Part shown: piece by piece, positions 34,921 to 46,935 of the stretch | How the letters are laid out: every line of letters begins with the position of its first letter | Position numbering within the stretch: the first letter of the stretch is position 1 | Made by a program: the position numbers and the translations under genes | Notes under the pieces: generated by a model | What the model saw: the letters and a program-made list of their open reading frames with translations, nothing else | Database searches by the model: none | What the model was told of the DNA's origin: nothing | From: an uncultured Gemmatimonadaceae bacterium | Lineage (GTDB): Bacteria; Gemmatimonadota; Gemmatimonadetes; Gemmatimonadales; Gemmatimonadaceae | NCBI GenBank assembly: GCA_963822945.1 | Contig: CAWGJO010000020.1 | Location: 893,563 to 957,562 of the forward strand | Direction of reading: 5' to 3' | DNA: 64,000 nucleotides

Positions 34921-35247
34921 TTACAGGCGGACGGCGCGGAGCGCCCGCCGCACCCAATCCGTGAGTTCCGGGTCGTCCGCGATCACCTCGGCGTCCACCA
35001 CGACCCAGGTGCCCATGGGGCGCTCGCCGCCGGGCGCGAACGGCGTGACGCCCGATTCCTCCAGCGCGCGCGGGTAGTCGTCGGGAGTGAGCTTGGCGAT
35101 GATCGCCTCCTCGCCGACGATCACGAAGGCGTGTTTGCCCGACATGAAGCCGCGCCCGCCGAAGACGTTCTTCTGACGGATGGCGCGCTCGCCGATCTGC
35201 TCGAGGGCGTCGGCGACGCGGGTGGCGAGGCCGGGGTCGTATTTCAT
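34921..35247 (-). CDS. TfoX/Sxy N-terminal domain protein
   Basis: KNVFGG.GF, RPM.TWVVV, L..WV..A; 108 aa. Confidence 0.8.
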   Translation of the reverse strand: MKYDPGLATRVADALEQIGERAIRQKNVFGGRGFMSGKHAFVIVGEEAIIAKLTPDDYPRALEESGVTPFAPGGERPMGTWVVVDAEVIADDPELTDWVRRALRAVRL

Positions 35248-35356
35248 GGTTCAATGCGAGTGGGGTGGAGCGGTCGGACAGTCGGACAGTCGGACAGTCA
35301 GACAGTCAAACAGTAGAGCGTTGAATGGACGGCAAACCGCCGGCTGACGACCCGAG

Positions 35357-36385
35357 TCATGCGCGTTCCAGTTCCTCTTCCAGTTCCTCCGTCTTCTCCA
35401 CCGCCTTGAGGGCGGTGCGGCCCGCGGCCAGGCCGCCGAGGACGATGTAGATGTAGAACGTATAGAACCGCCACCAGACGAGGGCGGCGACGAAGAGGCC
35501 GCCGGGGATCACGCCGCCCAGCGCGGCGCGGAAGCCGAGTTCCACCGCTCCGCCGCCGCCCGGCGCGGGCACGACCGAGGCGCCATACAACAATCCCAAT
35601 GGCCAGAGGGCGAGGGGCGCCAGCGGAACGGTGCTGACCGAGGTCAGTACCAGCGCCGGCAGCATGAACAGCCGCGTGGCCACGTGGATGAACGACATGA
35701 AGAAGGCGCCGACGGCCCAGCGGGCGTCGACGTCCTTGACGTTGTCGACGGTGGTGCGGACGCGGTCGAACCAGCGCCGCACGACGCGCCAGCGGCCCTC
35801 GTGGAGTCCGATGCGCAGCGCCCAGGCGGGCGGCTGGTCGCCGACCTGGCGCCGCGAGAGCACGACGCCCACGGCGCCGATGCCGATGACGAACACGGCG
35901 TAGCCGCCGAGCACGCCGACCAGGGCGCCGAGCACGATGCCGGCGTGGCGGAACACCACGGTGCAGACGGCGACCACGGCGGCCAGTGAGAGCATCTCCA
36001 GGAAGAGATCGGCGAACAGGATGACGAGGGCCTTGGGCGTTTCGATGCCGCTCTGCGCGAGCACGAAGTAGCGGGCGGGCTCGGCGCCGGAGCGCCCCGG
36101 CGTGATGTTGGCGGCGAGGTCGCCGGCCAGGCAGGTGCGCAGCGACGCGCGCAGCGGAAGGCGCACGCCCACGGAGCGCGCGCTCCAGCTGAGCTTGACC
36201 GTGCGCGCGGCGACCTCGACGACCACGGCGAGGATGGCGAGCGCGTGCGCCTGCCAGGGAATGGAGAATTCGATGCCCTTGGTGGACCAGCCGGCGATGG
36301 TGTAGACCGATACGCCGATCACCGCCGCGAAGGAGACGGCGGTCAGGAACCAGCGGCGTTGGAGCAGGGTCCAGGGGCGGCGCAA
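35357..36385 (-). CDS. Lysylphosphatidylglycerol synthase TM / flippase-like (UPF0104) protein; start uncertain
   Basis: NITPGRSGAEP, VPAPGGGG.VE, WRFYTFY; the upstream part of the ORF-track ORF is translated repeat. Confidence 0.8.
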   Translation of the reverse strand: MRRPWTLLQRRWFLTAVSFAAVIGVSVYTIAGWSTKGIEFSIPWQAHALAILAVVVEVAARTVKLSWSARSVGVRLPLRASLRTCLAGDLAANITPGRSGAEPARYFVLAQSGIETPKALVILFADLFLEMLSLAAVVAVCTVVFRHAGIVLGALVGVLGGYAVFVIGIGAVGVVLSRRQVGDQPPAWALRIGLHEGRWRVVRRWFDRVRTTVDNVKDVDARWAVGAFFMSFIHVATRLFMLPALVLTSVSTVPLAPLALWPLGLLYGASVVPAPGGGGAVELGFRAALGGVIPGGLFVAALVWWRFYTFYIYIVLGGLAAGRTALKAVEKTEELEEELERA

Positions 36386-36513
36386 AATCGGTAGGTCGGT
36401 TTGACGGTAGTCGAGGTCGGTAGGTCGGTAGGACGGTAGGTCGGAAATGAATATGGGGCGAAAGTTCGCCTGCGAGCGGGGGGAGTCAACGGGGATTAAT
36501 AAGGCGCTAACGA

Positions 36514-36561
36514 AACGGCGAACGGCGAACGGCGAACGGCGAACGGCGAACGGCGAACGGC
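36514..36561 (+). repeat. 7-bp tandem repeat (AACGGCG), 6 to 7 units
   Basis: Read directly. Confidence 0.9.
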
Positions 36562-36592
36562 AACGCGAACCGCTCGACGTGCAGTCGTACGA

Positions 36593-36638
36593 CGTAAGCT
36601 GCCCCGCCATCCGGATCGGGATGGCGGGGCAGCTTACG
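36593..36638. terminator. 20-bp perfect hairpin downstream of the metalloprotease gene
   Basis: CGTAAGCTGCCCCGCCATCC / GGATGGCGGGGCAGCTTACG, 6-nt loop. Confidence 0.65.
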
Positions 36639-36660
36639 GTCGAGGTTCAGTTGTCAGTCG

Positions 36661-39271
36661 CTACTCTTCGTCGGCGGCACCGGCCTTCCCCTTCAGGGCG
36701 TCGGCAATGCGATGACGAAGGTCGGCAATGTGCGCCCGGGTCATCCGGTCGGAACTGCGACCCTCCGCCGCCTTGAGTTCGGTGTCGAGCGCCACCAGCT
36801 CGGCGCGCACCGACGGATACAGATCCGACAGCTTGGGATCGAGCTGCGGCGGACCACCGCGCCCACCCCCGCGACCGCCACGACCGGCGGCCGCGGCGCT
36901 CGGCGCCGGCGGGTTGAGCTTGGCGTTCAGGTTCTCGACGTACGCGCGCTGCAGCGCCCGCCGGTAGATGTCGATCTTCGACCCGGCGCGCAGCTCGCTG
37001 AACACCCCGTGCCGCACGTCGGCCAGCATGTCGGGAATCGAGTAGCCGTCGCCTGCCGAAGCGCGGGCGTCGTACTCGGCCATGCGGATCAGGCGCTGAT
37101 TCTGGAGCAGCGAATTGAGAATGCTCGCCTGCGCGCTCGAGACACGCTGCACCGACCCGGTGGGCTCGATGCGACGCAGGATGTTCTCGTCGAGGAAGTA
37201 CGTGGGCGTGACGAACGCGTTCTCGTTGAGGAACTTCACCGCCGCCACCTGGCGGGCCCGGCTCGACGGGCGTGAACAGCACGCCCTGCTGGCTGGGATA
37301 CTTGTCCTGCGAGGCGGCGCCGCCCACCACGTTGGTGACGTGCGCGAGTTCGGTGCGCCACTGGCCGACGAGCCGCCCGTACAGCGAATTCAACTCGTCG
37401 TAGTTCTCGGTCTTGTTCGCGGTCGTGGCGGGAATCAGGTACTGCACCTCGCGCTTGATGTTGCGGAGGCCCCAACCGGTGGCCTTCACCGCGTCCTGAT
37501 CGCCCACGGCCTCGGTCTCCTCGCCGGGGTCACTGCCCTGCGCGCCGGAGGTGCTGAAGCGGTACCAGGGCACGGTGTCCTGCTCGCGCGCCCATTGGTC
37601 GAGGGTGGCCCGTTCCTCTTCGGGCGTCTTCGCGTCGGGAATGGGCGCGTAGCCCCAGTGCGTGGCCCAGATGTCGTAGGGACCCTGCACCGGCGTCAGC
37701 AACTCCACCGGAATGTTGTCCTCGGGCTGCACCAGATAGTTGAAGCGCGAGTAGTCCATGAGCGTCGGCGTATGGCCGTACTTGCGCAGGAAGGCGACGC
37801 TGCGGAGCGAGTCGGTGGGATACTCGGCGCTGGCCTTCATGTTGTGCTGGAAGCCGATGGTGTGCCCCACCTCGTGCGTGAGCACGTACTCGAGCAGCCG
37901 CCCCATGAGCGAGTCGGGGAAGGGGAACACCCGCGCCCGCGGGTCCACGGCGGCCGCCTGCGTGAAGTACCACGACAACTGCAGGTGCTGCACGTTCTGA
38001 TAGAACTGGATGTGCGCTTCGAGAATCTCGCCGGAGCGCGGGTCGTGCACGTTGGGACCCGACGCGTTCTCGGTGGTGCTGGGGAGCCAGCGGACCACGG
38101 AGTAGCGCGCGTCCTCGGGCGACCAGTCCGGATCGTCGGGCGCTTCCTTGGCGATGATGGCATGGCTGAAGCCCGCGGCCTCGAACGCCGGCTGCCAGTC
38201 CTCGATGGCCTTCTTGAACCAGGGGATCCACTTCTTGGGGGTGGCCGGATCGATGTAGTAGACGATGGGCTTCACGGGATCGGACACGGCCTTGGAGGGA
38301 TCCTTCTTCTCCAACCGGTAGCGCGTGATGAAGCAGCGCGCGTGCGTCATGTCGCCGGTGTCGGTGTAGTCGGTGAGGCGCACCGAGAAGTAGCCGACGC
38401 GGTCATCGCAGTAGCGGGGCATCATCGGCACGTCGGGCAGCCGGTGGAAGCTCCAGCTCATGACGATGGTGTTGGAGGGCCGAGTGGTGCCGGCCTGCCC
38501 GAAGCCGCCCCGGCCCGGCGCGGCCGCCGCGCCGCCCCGCCCCGGGTTCTGCGCGTAGGTGAGCGTGGCGTACACGTTCACGTTGTCCGGGAACGGCGTG
38601 GCGCGTTCGATCCACGACCGCTGGGCATCGACGTTGCCGGGAATGCGCGTGCCGGGCCCCAGTTCCTGCGGCGGCTGGGTGAACAGCTTGGTCACGTCGA
38701 TGACCACCGAACTGTCGGGGCCGTACGACTCCACGTTGAAATCGGCGATGATGGCCGGAACGTTGGAATTCTGCACGGCCTGGTATTCCGGCGTGGTCGA
38801 GTCGGCCATGACTTCGTAGGAGATGCTGCGCAGGTACACGCGGTTGTTGCGCAACTCCCACCGGTACACGCGGTTGCTGATGGCCTGGCCGCCGTAGCCG
38901 ACGCCGAGTGTGGTCTTGGCGATCTCGGTGACGAGCAACTCGTCCTTGCCGAGCTGCTCGCGCGGGATCTCGAACAGGAACTGCGAGCCCACCTGATGGA
39001 CGTCGAACATGCCTTTGCGCGTCTTGGCCTCGGCGGTCACGACACGGCGATAGGGACGAGGGTTGGGCTCGGCGTTGGCGGCGCCGCCACGGCCACCGCG
39101 GGCCACGGGGGCCGGGCTTTCCTGGCCGGGCATGGCAGCGGCACCGCGGCGGCCGGCGTTCGCGGTGGGGGCGGGGGTCGGGGTTGGTGGGGGAGCCGGG
39201 GTGGGCGCCGGCGCTGACGAGCAGGCGGCCAGAAACAGCGCGGCCGCGAGTCGGGGGGAGAAACGAGGCAT
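36661..39271 (-). CDS. Zinc-dependent metalloprotease lipoprotein (DUF5117/DUF4953-like), frameshift near 37255
   Basis: Lipobox LAAC, DDRVGYF, PIVYYID, DPRSGEI, HEVGHTIGFQHN, MDY Met-turn. Confidence 0.88.
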
Positions 39272-39331
39272 GAGAATTTGGGGGGTTGGGGGGGAAACGA
39301 CGAACTGAGAAACAGCGGAACCGAACAGGAG

Positions 39332-39491
39332 CGCAGGACCGAAACGGCGCAGGACCGAAACGGCGCAGGGCCGATACGGCGCAGGGCCGATACGGCGCAG
39401 GGCCGATACCACGCAGGACCGAAACGGCGCAGGGCCGAAACGACGCAGGACCGATACGGCGCAAGGCCGATACCACGCAGGGCCGATACGG
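39332..39491 (+). repeat. Ten tandem 16-bp units, consensus CGCAGG(A/G)CCGA(A/T)ACGG
   Basis: Contiguous units with point variants and no spacers. Confidence 0.95.
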
Positions 39492-39743
39492 CGGGGAATC
39501 GGATGGGGGTAAACAGCGAGTGGGGTGAAAAGACGGGTGGGGTCGGGGTTCGTCCTTCCTCCCATCCCCCGTCGTCCTTCACCGTTGACGCTTCACCTTT
39601 CCCCTCTGTACGCCCAGCGTTGCCCGCGCGTTCGGAACCGGCGAGGATCCGGGGGCATCGATGTCTTCCCAATTGGCTTCACTCGGGCGCATTTTGGGTG
39701 GTCGCAATGCTCTCGTCTCGCCTGGACTCCGTAGGAGGCTGAT

Positions 39744-42700
39744 GTGATTGGAATTCGTTCTCGATGGTCGATCGCCCTCGGTGGGCTGATCGCCGCCATG
39801 CCGGTCGCCGTCGCGGCGCAGGGCGGCCGCCCGCGTCCCGTAACCACCGCCAACGCGATGGTTTCGGTGCCCTTTGACAGTCTGGCGTTCACCGGGCTCC
39901 GGTGGCGTGAAATCGGACCCTTCCGCGGCGGCCGGTCGGTGGCCGCCACGGGCTCGGCGGCCCGGCCCGACGAGTACTACATGGGCACCACGGGGGGCGG
40001 CGTCTTCAAGACCGAGGACGGCGGCCAGAGCTGGTTCCCCACCACCGACGGCTTCTTCGGCGGCACCATCGGCGCGATCGCCACGGCGCCGTCCAATCCC
40101 GACATCGTGTACGTGGGCGGGGGCGAGTATCCCATCCGCGGCAACGTGTCGTACGGCGACGGGGTGTGGAAGAGCACCGACGCCGGCAAGACGTGGCACT
40201 ACACGGGACTCGGCGACACGCGCCAGATCGAGAAGGTGATCGTGAACCCGACCAACCCCGACATCGTCTACGTGGGGGCGTTCGGGCACATCTTCGGGCC
40301 CAACGCCGAACGCGGGCGTGTTCAAGACCACCGACGGCGGCAAGTCGTGGAAGAAGATCCTGTTCCGGAACGACTCCACCGGCGTGGCCGACCTGATCAT
40401 GGACCCGGCCGATCCGAACACCCTGTACGCGAGCTTCTGGCAGGCATACCGGCTGCCGTGGACGTTCAGCAGCGGCGGCGCGGGGAGCACGCTGTACAAG
40501 ACGACGGACGGCGGCGACCACTGGACGGAACTCAAGAACAATCCGGGGCTGCCGGCGGGCATCTGGGGCAACAGCGGCCTCGCCATCTCGGCGGCCAACC
40601 CGAACATCGTGTGGGCGCTGATCGAGGCCAAGGACGGCGGACTGTACAAGTCGAGCGACGCCGGCGCCACCTGGCGCTTCGTGAACGGCGACAACGAGAT
40701 CAAGCAGCGCGCCTGGTACTACATGAAGATCACGGCCGATCCGCAGGACACGCAGACGGTGTACATCAACAACGTGTCGTTCATGAAGTCCACGGACGGC
40801 GGCAAGACGTTCAGCGCCATGCGCGGCGGCGGGCACGGCGACTCGCACCACCTGTGGATCGCGCCCAACGACCCCAAGCGGATGATCGAGACCGACGACG
40901 GCGGCGCGCGGGTGACGAAGGACGGTGGCAAGACGTGGAGCGAACAGGACTACGCCACCGGCCAGTTCTACCACGTGATCACCACCAACGACTATCCGTA
41001 CAAGGTGTGCGGCGCGCAGCAGGATTCGGGCACGCTGTGCGGCGCCAATCGCGGCACGCTCGACATGTCGAACTGGGAGAACGCCGGCGGCGGCGAATCG
41101 GGATGGATCGCGCCGCGGGCGGACGAGCCGTGGACGATCTACGCCGGCAGCTACGGCAACATGCTGACGCGGCGCGACATGCGCACGGGACTCTCGGAGA
41201 ACGTGAATCCCTGGCCGGACAACCCGATGGGTCACCCGGCCAAGGATCTCAAGTACCGCTTCCAGTGGACGTTCCCGATCATCACGTCGGTGCACAACGT
41301 GAACGCGGTGTACGCGGGCGCGCAGAGCGTGTTCAAGTCCACCGACCGCGGGCACAGCTGGACGGTGATCTCGCCCGATCTCACCTACCACGATCCGGCG
41401 ACGCTGGGCGACGCCGGCGGTCCGCTCACCAAGGACCAGACGTCGGTGGAGTACTACGGCACGATCTTCGTGATCGCCGAGTCGCCGCTGAAGGCCGGCG
41501 AGCTGTGGACCGGGTCGGACGACGGCAAGATCTACCTGACGCGCGACGGCGGTAAGACGTGGAACGACGTCACGCCCAAGGGGCTGGCCAAGTTCACGAA
41601 GATCTCGAGCATCGATCCCAGTCCGCACGTGGACGGGGTGGCCTACGTGGCCGCCAACCGGATCAAGCTGGACGACAACCACCCGTACCTGTGGAAGACG
41701 TCGGACTTCGGCGCGCACTGGGTGCAGATCCAGGCCACGCTTCCCGACACCGAGCCGGCGCGCGTGCTGCGCGAGGATCCGGGCAAGCGCGGGCTGTTGT
41801 TCGTGGGCACGGAGCGGTCGGTGTACTTCTCCAACAACGACGGCCATAGCTGGCAGTCGCTGGGGCTCAACCTGCCGCTGGTGCCGGTGCGCGACCTGAC
41901 GTTCAAGGACGGCGACCTGATCGCGGCCACGAACGGACGCGGCTTCTACATCATGGACAACATCTCGTCGCTGGAGCAGCTCTCCGACAAGGTGGTGGCC
42001 AGCGACGCGTACCTGTTCAAGCCGGAGAACCAGTACCGTGAAGCCGGTGGCCGCGGTGGGTTCGGCGGCTTCGGGCGCGGCGGCCGCGGCGGCAATCCGA
42101 CGATCGCCGTGCACCCCACGGGCGAGAACCCGCCCAGCGGGATCGCCGTGCAGTACTGGCTCAAGTCGCCGGCCAAAACGGTGACGCTCGACTTCCTGGA
42201 TGCCAAGGGCAAGCTGATCCACCGCTACTCGACGTCGCCGGCGCTGCAGCCGGCCGAAGCGCCGAGCGGCCGCGGCCGGTTCGGCGGCGGGCGCGTGCAG
42301 CGGCCGGAGAACGCGGCCGGCGTGAACACGTTCACCGGCTGGAACATGCGGTACCCCGATGCGCACAGCTTCAACGGCATGGTACTCTGGGCCGCCGGCA
42401 CCACGGGCCCGATGGCGCCGCCGGGTAGTTACACGGTGCGGCTCAGCGTGGACGGCAAGCAGGTGGGCACGCAGTCGTTCAAGCTGCTGCCCGATCCGCG
42501 GCTCAAGGGCGTGACGCAGGCCGATTACGACGCGCAGTTCGCGCTGCTCATGAAGATCCGCGACAAGTTCTCGGCCACCAACGACGCCGTGAAGACGATC
42601 CGCTACGTGATGTACCAGCTCGACCAGCGGGAGAAGGATCTGCCGGCGGCGCAGAAGAGTGCGTTCGAGGCGGCGGTGACGCCGCTGCGCGATTCGCTGC

Positions 42701-43038
42701 AGTCGGTGGAGGACTCGCTGTACCAGTCGAAGAGCCATGCGAGCGAGGATCCGCTCAACTATCCGATCCGGCTGAACAACCGCATCGGCGCGCTGATGGG
42801 CGTGGTGTCGAGCGCCTGGGGCCGGCCCACGAAGCAGAGCTACGAGGTGTACGACCTGCTGAGCGGGCTGATCGACATCCAGATGGGACGGATGAAGGCC
42901 GCGATGGCCGGGGTCACCCGCGTGAACGGGGTGCTCAAGCAGGCCGGCATGCCGGCAATCGACGTGGCGGCGAAGGAGGTTCCGGGCAGCGGGACTGCCC
43001 AGAATGATGAGGGAGGGTTCGATCCGGACGGGAACTGA
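39744..43038 (+). CDS. Secreted BNR/Asp-box (VPS10/sortilin-like) beta-propeller protein, frameshift near 40315
   Basis: Signal peptide, WREIGPFRGGR, many S/T.D.G.TW Asp boxes, GGAQD-like motif. Confidence 0.88.
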
Positions 43039-43169
43039 GTCGCCGAGCACGGGGCCTGGTTCGGGCTCCGTGCGCGAGTGACCGACAGGGTAGAGTTCGG
43101 ACCGATTGGAACACAGAGCACGCAGAAACAGACACAGAAGAACACAGATAACTGCAACAGCACGACAAA

Positions 43170-43215
43170 GGGGAACGGCACACCCATCGAGATCTCGGCG
43201 GGTGTGCCGTTCCCC
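43170..43215. terminator. Hairpin between convergent genes (probable bidirectional terminator)
   Basis: GGGGAACGGCACACCC / GGGTGTGCCGTTCCCC 16-bp stem. Confidence 0.7.
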
Positions 43216-43355
43216 TAGTTGTTGTAGTTATCCGCGTTCTTCCGTGTGGATCCGCGTCATCTGCGGTCCAATCGGTTTGAACCCGGCGCTACCGGGAACC
43301 CACCACGCCGACGGAAAGTTCACGGTGTTGGTGGTTCAACCGACGGCCCGCCGAT

Positions 43356-44255
43356 CTACTGTTGTTCCACGTCCACCGCCATGCCCATCGCATGGTAGCC
43401 CTTGTCCACGTAGACCGTGGCGCCGGTGATGCCGGAGGCCAGCGGTGAGCACAGGAAGGTGGCCGCGTGTCCGACCTCCATGGCTTCGAGCCTGTCGGTG
43501 AGCGGCGCGTTGCGCGAGACGTACTCCACCATCTTCTCGATGATGCCGATGGCGCTGGCGGCGCGGGAGGCGTAGGGGCCGGCGCTGATGGTGTTCACGC
43601 GGAGGCCCCACTTCCGGCCGGCCTCGTAGGCCAGCGTTCGGGTGTCGCTCTCCAGCGCGGCCTTGGCCGACGACATGCCGCCCCCGTAGCCGGGCACGGC
43701 GCGCTCGCTGGCCATGTAGGTGAGCGAGACCGCGGAGCCGCCGGGACGCATGAGGGGGCCCAAGCGTTGCAGCATCGCGACCAGCGAATAGGCACTCACG
43801 CTGATGGCGGCCAGGTAGCCGGCCCGGCTCGTTTCGAGCAGCGGCTTCTTGACCTCCGGACCGTTGGCCAGCGAATGGACCACGATATCGAGCGGCTGGG
43901 GGCCGAAGTCGGCCACCAGCTTCCGCGCCAGCCCGTCCACCGAACAGTCGCCGGCGTCCTTGTAGCGCCGCGAGGTGCGGATGTCGTCGGGAATCTCGTC
44001 GTTGGTATCGAAGGCGGCGTCCAGCGGGTAGATCTTCTCGAAGGAAAACAGCTCTCCATTCGAGAGGCGGCGGGCCTCGTCCATCTTCCCCCGTTCGAGC
44101 AGATTGAGGAGGATGTTTAGGGCGGGCGGCCACGTTCCCACGCACACCGAGGCGCCGGCCTCGGCCAGACTCTTGGCGATGGCGAATCCGAAGCCGCCAT
44201 CGTCGGCGACGCCGGCGACGAGCGCACGACGGCCGGTGAGATCGATATTCAGCAT
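43356..44255 (-). CDS. fabI: Enoyl-ACP reductase (plant/Chlamydia-type FabI)
   Basis: [45 protein letters not shown]. Confidence 0.92.
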   Translation of the reverse strand: MLNIDLTGRRALVAGVADDGGFGFAIAKSLAEAGASVCVGTWPPALNILLNLLERGKMDEARRLSNGELFSFEKIYPLDAAFDTNDEIPDDIRTSRRYKDAGDCSVDGLARKLVADFGPQPLDIVVHSLANGPEVKKPLLETSRAGYLAAISVSAYSLVAMLQRLGPLMRPGGSAVSLTYMASERAVPGYGGGMSSAKAALESDTRTLAYEAGRKWGLRVNTISAGPYASRAASAIGIIEKMVEYVSRNAPLTDRLEAMEVGHAATFLCSPLASGITGATVYVDKGYHAMGMAVDVEQQ

Positions 44256-45456
44256 GACACTAGATACGGCACTGGGTACATCGGGACAAGAGGACAACGG
44301 GGAGGCACGCACACGGGTTCAGACCACCGGACCGGTGGGCGTGCCCCTCTTCTCGCGCGGACTCTGGCGGGTGGCCTCGGCGAACGTGTCCAGCGGCAAC
44401 CGGCTGCACCTGCTGCACGACGGGCCGGAAACCTTCGATGCGATGATCCGGCTGATCGACCAGGCGAAGGAATCGGTGGCGCTGGAGAGCTACATCTTCC
44501 GGTCGGACGAGGTCGGGGTGCGGTTCGCGACCGCGCTCAAGGAGGCGGCGGCGCGGGGCGTGAACGTGCGGGTGATCATGGACGGGATCGGCATGCTGGG
44601 CATTGCGCGCAGCTACGTTCGCGACCTGCGCCAGCACGGGGTGGACGTGCGGGTGTTCAACCGGCCGGGGCTCAAACTCTGGCTGGGACTCATCCCCCGC
44701 GACCACCGGAAGCTGCTGGTGGTGGACGACGCGGCGGGGGTGACGGGGGGCGTGGGGATCGGCCGGGAATGGATGACCGGGGTGCAGCGGCACGGACGTT
44801 CCCGGTGGCGCGACACGGCGCTCCGCATCGAGGGTCCGGCGGCACTGGACATGGGCGACGCGTTCGACACGATGTGGCGCCGAGTGACGGGAGAGCGGGT
44901 GAAGCGGGTGAGACACCTGCGGGCCATGGCGCGCGGCGCGAATCTCGATCCGGCCACGCACGAGAGCGCGCTGGTGGGGATCATCGAGGGCGAACCCTTG
45001 CGGCTGAGGGCGGCCCGCGCCCTGCAGATGCAGGCGATCAGTGCCGAGCGCACCATCTGGTTGGCGAGCGCGTATTTCGTACCCACCTGGTCGGAGCGCG
45101 AAGCGTTGATCGGGGCCGCGCGCGATGGGGTGGACGTGCGGGTGCTGGTGCCGAGCCGCAACGACCAGCCGTGGGTGACGATGCTGAGCCGGCGCTACTA
45201 CCGGCGCCTGCTCACCAACGGGGTGCGCATCTGGGAGTGGCAGGGGGAGATGATGCATGCCAAGACGAGCGTGATCGACGGGAGCTGGGTGCGGGTGGGC
45301 TCCACGGACGTGAACTTTCTGAGCGTGGCGGTGAACTACGAACTCGACGCGGTGGTGCAGGATCATGCGCTGGCCTACGAGGCGCAGATGATGTTCCTGG
45401 ACGACCTGCGGCAGAGTCAGGAGATCACGTTGAAGTCGAAGCTGGTGGTGCCGTGA
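44254..45456 (+). CDS. Cardiolipin synthase-like phospholipase D (ClsB type); start uncertain
   Basis: Two HKD motifs ([16 protein letters not shown]), WRDT, YFVP. Confidence 0.9.
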   Translation: MTLDTALGTSGQEDNGEARTRVQTTGPVGVPLFSRGLWRVASANVSSGNRLHLLHDGPETFDAMIRLIDQAKESVALESYIFRSDEVGVRFATALKEAAARGVNVRVIMDGIGMLGIARSYVRDLRQHGVDVRVFNRPGLKLWLGLIPRDHRKLLVVDDAAGVTGGVGIGREWMTGVQRHGRSRWRDTALRIEGPAALDMGDAFDTMWRRVTGERVKRVRHLRAMARGANLDPATHESALVGIIEGEPLRLRAARALQMQAISAERTIWLASAYFVPTWSEREALIGAARDGVDVRVLVPSRNDQPWVTMLSRRYYRRLLTNGVRIWEWQGEMMHAKTSVIDGSWVRVGSTDVNFLSVAVNYELDAVVQDHALAYEAQMMFLDDLRQSQEITLKSKLVVP

Positions 45457-45546
45457 AGGCGGTAGGGCGGTAGGTGCGGCAGGTGACGGCAGGACGCGGA
45501 TAGCGCGGATAGCGCGGAAACTACAACTACAGAGGAACTGCATTTC

Positions 45547-46378
45547 ATGCGGATATCGCGATGGGTGGTGGGCGTGGTGACGGGATGGGCATTGGTGGGT
45601 GGGACGGCGGGCGCGCAGCAGACTGCGCAATCGCGAGACAGCGTGAAGGCGCGGGGACCGCTGTTCACGACCACCGACGCGTGGCTTACCGGCGCGTTCG
45701 CGGTCGGGACGGTGGTGGCGTGGCCCATGGACGAGAGCCTGGCCAAGACGTTCGCAGTTCCTGAGCAACCAGAACAACGCGACGCTGAAGAACACGGCGA
45801 CGGTGTTCCGAAACCTGGCCGACCCGGGAACGGTGATCATCAGCGTGGGCCTGTGGGGCGCCGGCCGGCTGACGAACGACCGGACGATGGCCGAGATCGG
45901 GCTGCGCTCGAGCGAAGCGATCGGGGCATCGGGGATCGTGGGGTACGTGGTCAAGTCCCTGGCCGGGCGCGCGCGGCCGCGGGTGGACATCAATCGCCCG
46001 CACGACTTCAAGTTGGGGCGCGGATTCGGCGCGTCGGGCGACTACCAGTCGTTCCCGTCGGGACACACGCTGGCGGCGTTCTCGCTGGCCAGCGCGGTGA
46101 CGGCAGAGGCCGGCAAGTTCTGGCCGCGTCAGCAGGTGGCGATCGGTGTGCTCACCTACGGCGGGGCCACGCTGTCGGGGCTCTCGCGCATGTACAACAA
46201 CGCGCACTGGGCGAGCGACGTCGTGCTCGGCGCCGGCATCGGCACGCTCTCCGGCATCATGGCCGTGCGGTGGAACGAACTGCACCCGGACAACTGGTTC
46301 GACCGGACGTTGCTGCATGTCTCGGCGATGCCGGCGGCCGGCGGTGGGATGGACGTGGGGTACCACGCGGCGTGGTGA
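45547..46378 (+). CDS. PAP2 family phosphatase, frameshift near 45755
   Basis: K....RARP, SFPSGH, SRMYNNAHWASDV. Confidence 0.88.
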
Positions 46379-46391
46379 AGGCCGCGCCGGC

Positions 46392-46928
46392 ATGAAATCG
46401 GGCATCATCATCATCGCGCCGCTGGAGACGCCGCTGCGCGAGCGCATCCTCGAATTGCAGCGGCGGTTCGATCCCAAGCTCGCGGCGTCGCAGCCGCCGC
46501 ACCTCACGGTGACCGGGTCGTCGGGCATGGGGCCGATCTCGACGAAGACCACGGTGGACGAATTGCGGGCGGCGCTGGAGCCGATCGCCCGTACCACGGC
46601 GCCGATGTCGCTGCGGTTCGAGCCGCCGGTGCGGTTCATGCAGACCAACGTCGTGGTGCTTCCGTTCGACCCGCATGGGCCGATTCGCGAACTGCATGAC
46701 CGCATCAAGGCCAGCGGATTGCTGTACGAACGCCCGCGATTCACCTTCACCCCGCACGTGACGCTGAACTTCTTTCCGGAGCCGACACCGGAGAATCTGC
46801 GCGCCATGATGGCCGTGCGGATCGAGGAACCGGTGGAGCTGCGGCGCATCCAGTGTCACGAGACGCTCGACCTGACGCACACGCGGCTGCTGCTGGAACT
46901 GGAACTGACCGGGGCCGTTCCCGACTGA
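46392..46928 (+). CDS. 2H phosphoesterase (2'-5' RNA ligase family)
   Basis: Two HxT motifs: PPHLT and PHVTL. Confidence 0.8.
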   Translation: MKSGIIIIAPLETPLRERILELQRRFDPKLAASQPPHLTVTGSSGMGPISTKTTVDELRAALEPIARTTAPMSLRFEPPVRFMQTNVVVLPFDPHGPIRELHDRIKASGLLYERPRFTFTPHVTLNFFPEPTPENLRAMMAVRIEEPVELRRIQCHETLDLTHTRLLLELELTGAVPD

Positions 46929-46935
46929 GGCACCC

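Noticed and set aside
39332..39491. Possible CRISPR array
   Set aside because: Units are contiguous with no unique spacers, only 16 bp long, and no cas genes are present
37240..45770. Programmed frameshifts in the metalloprotease, BNR protein and PAP2 genes
   Set aside because: No slippery heptamers noticed; scattered single indels fit sequencing error better
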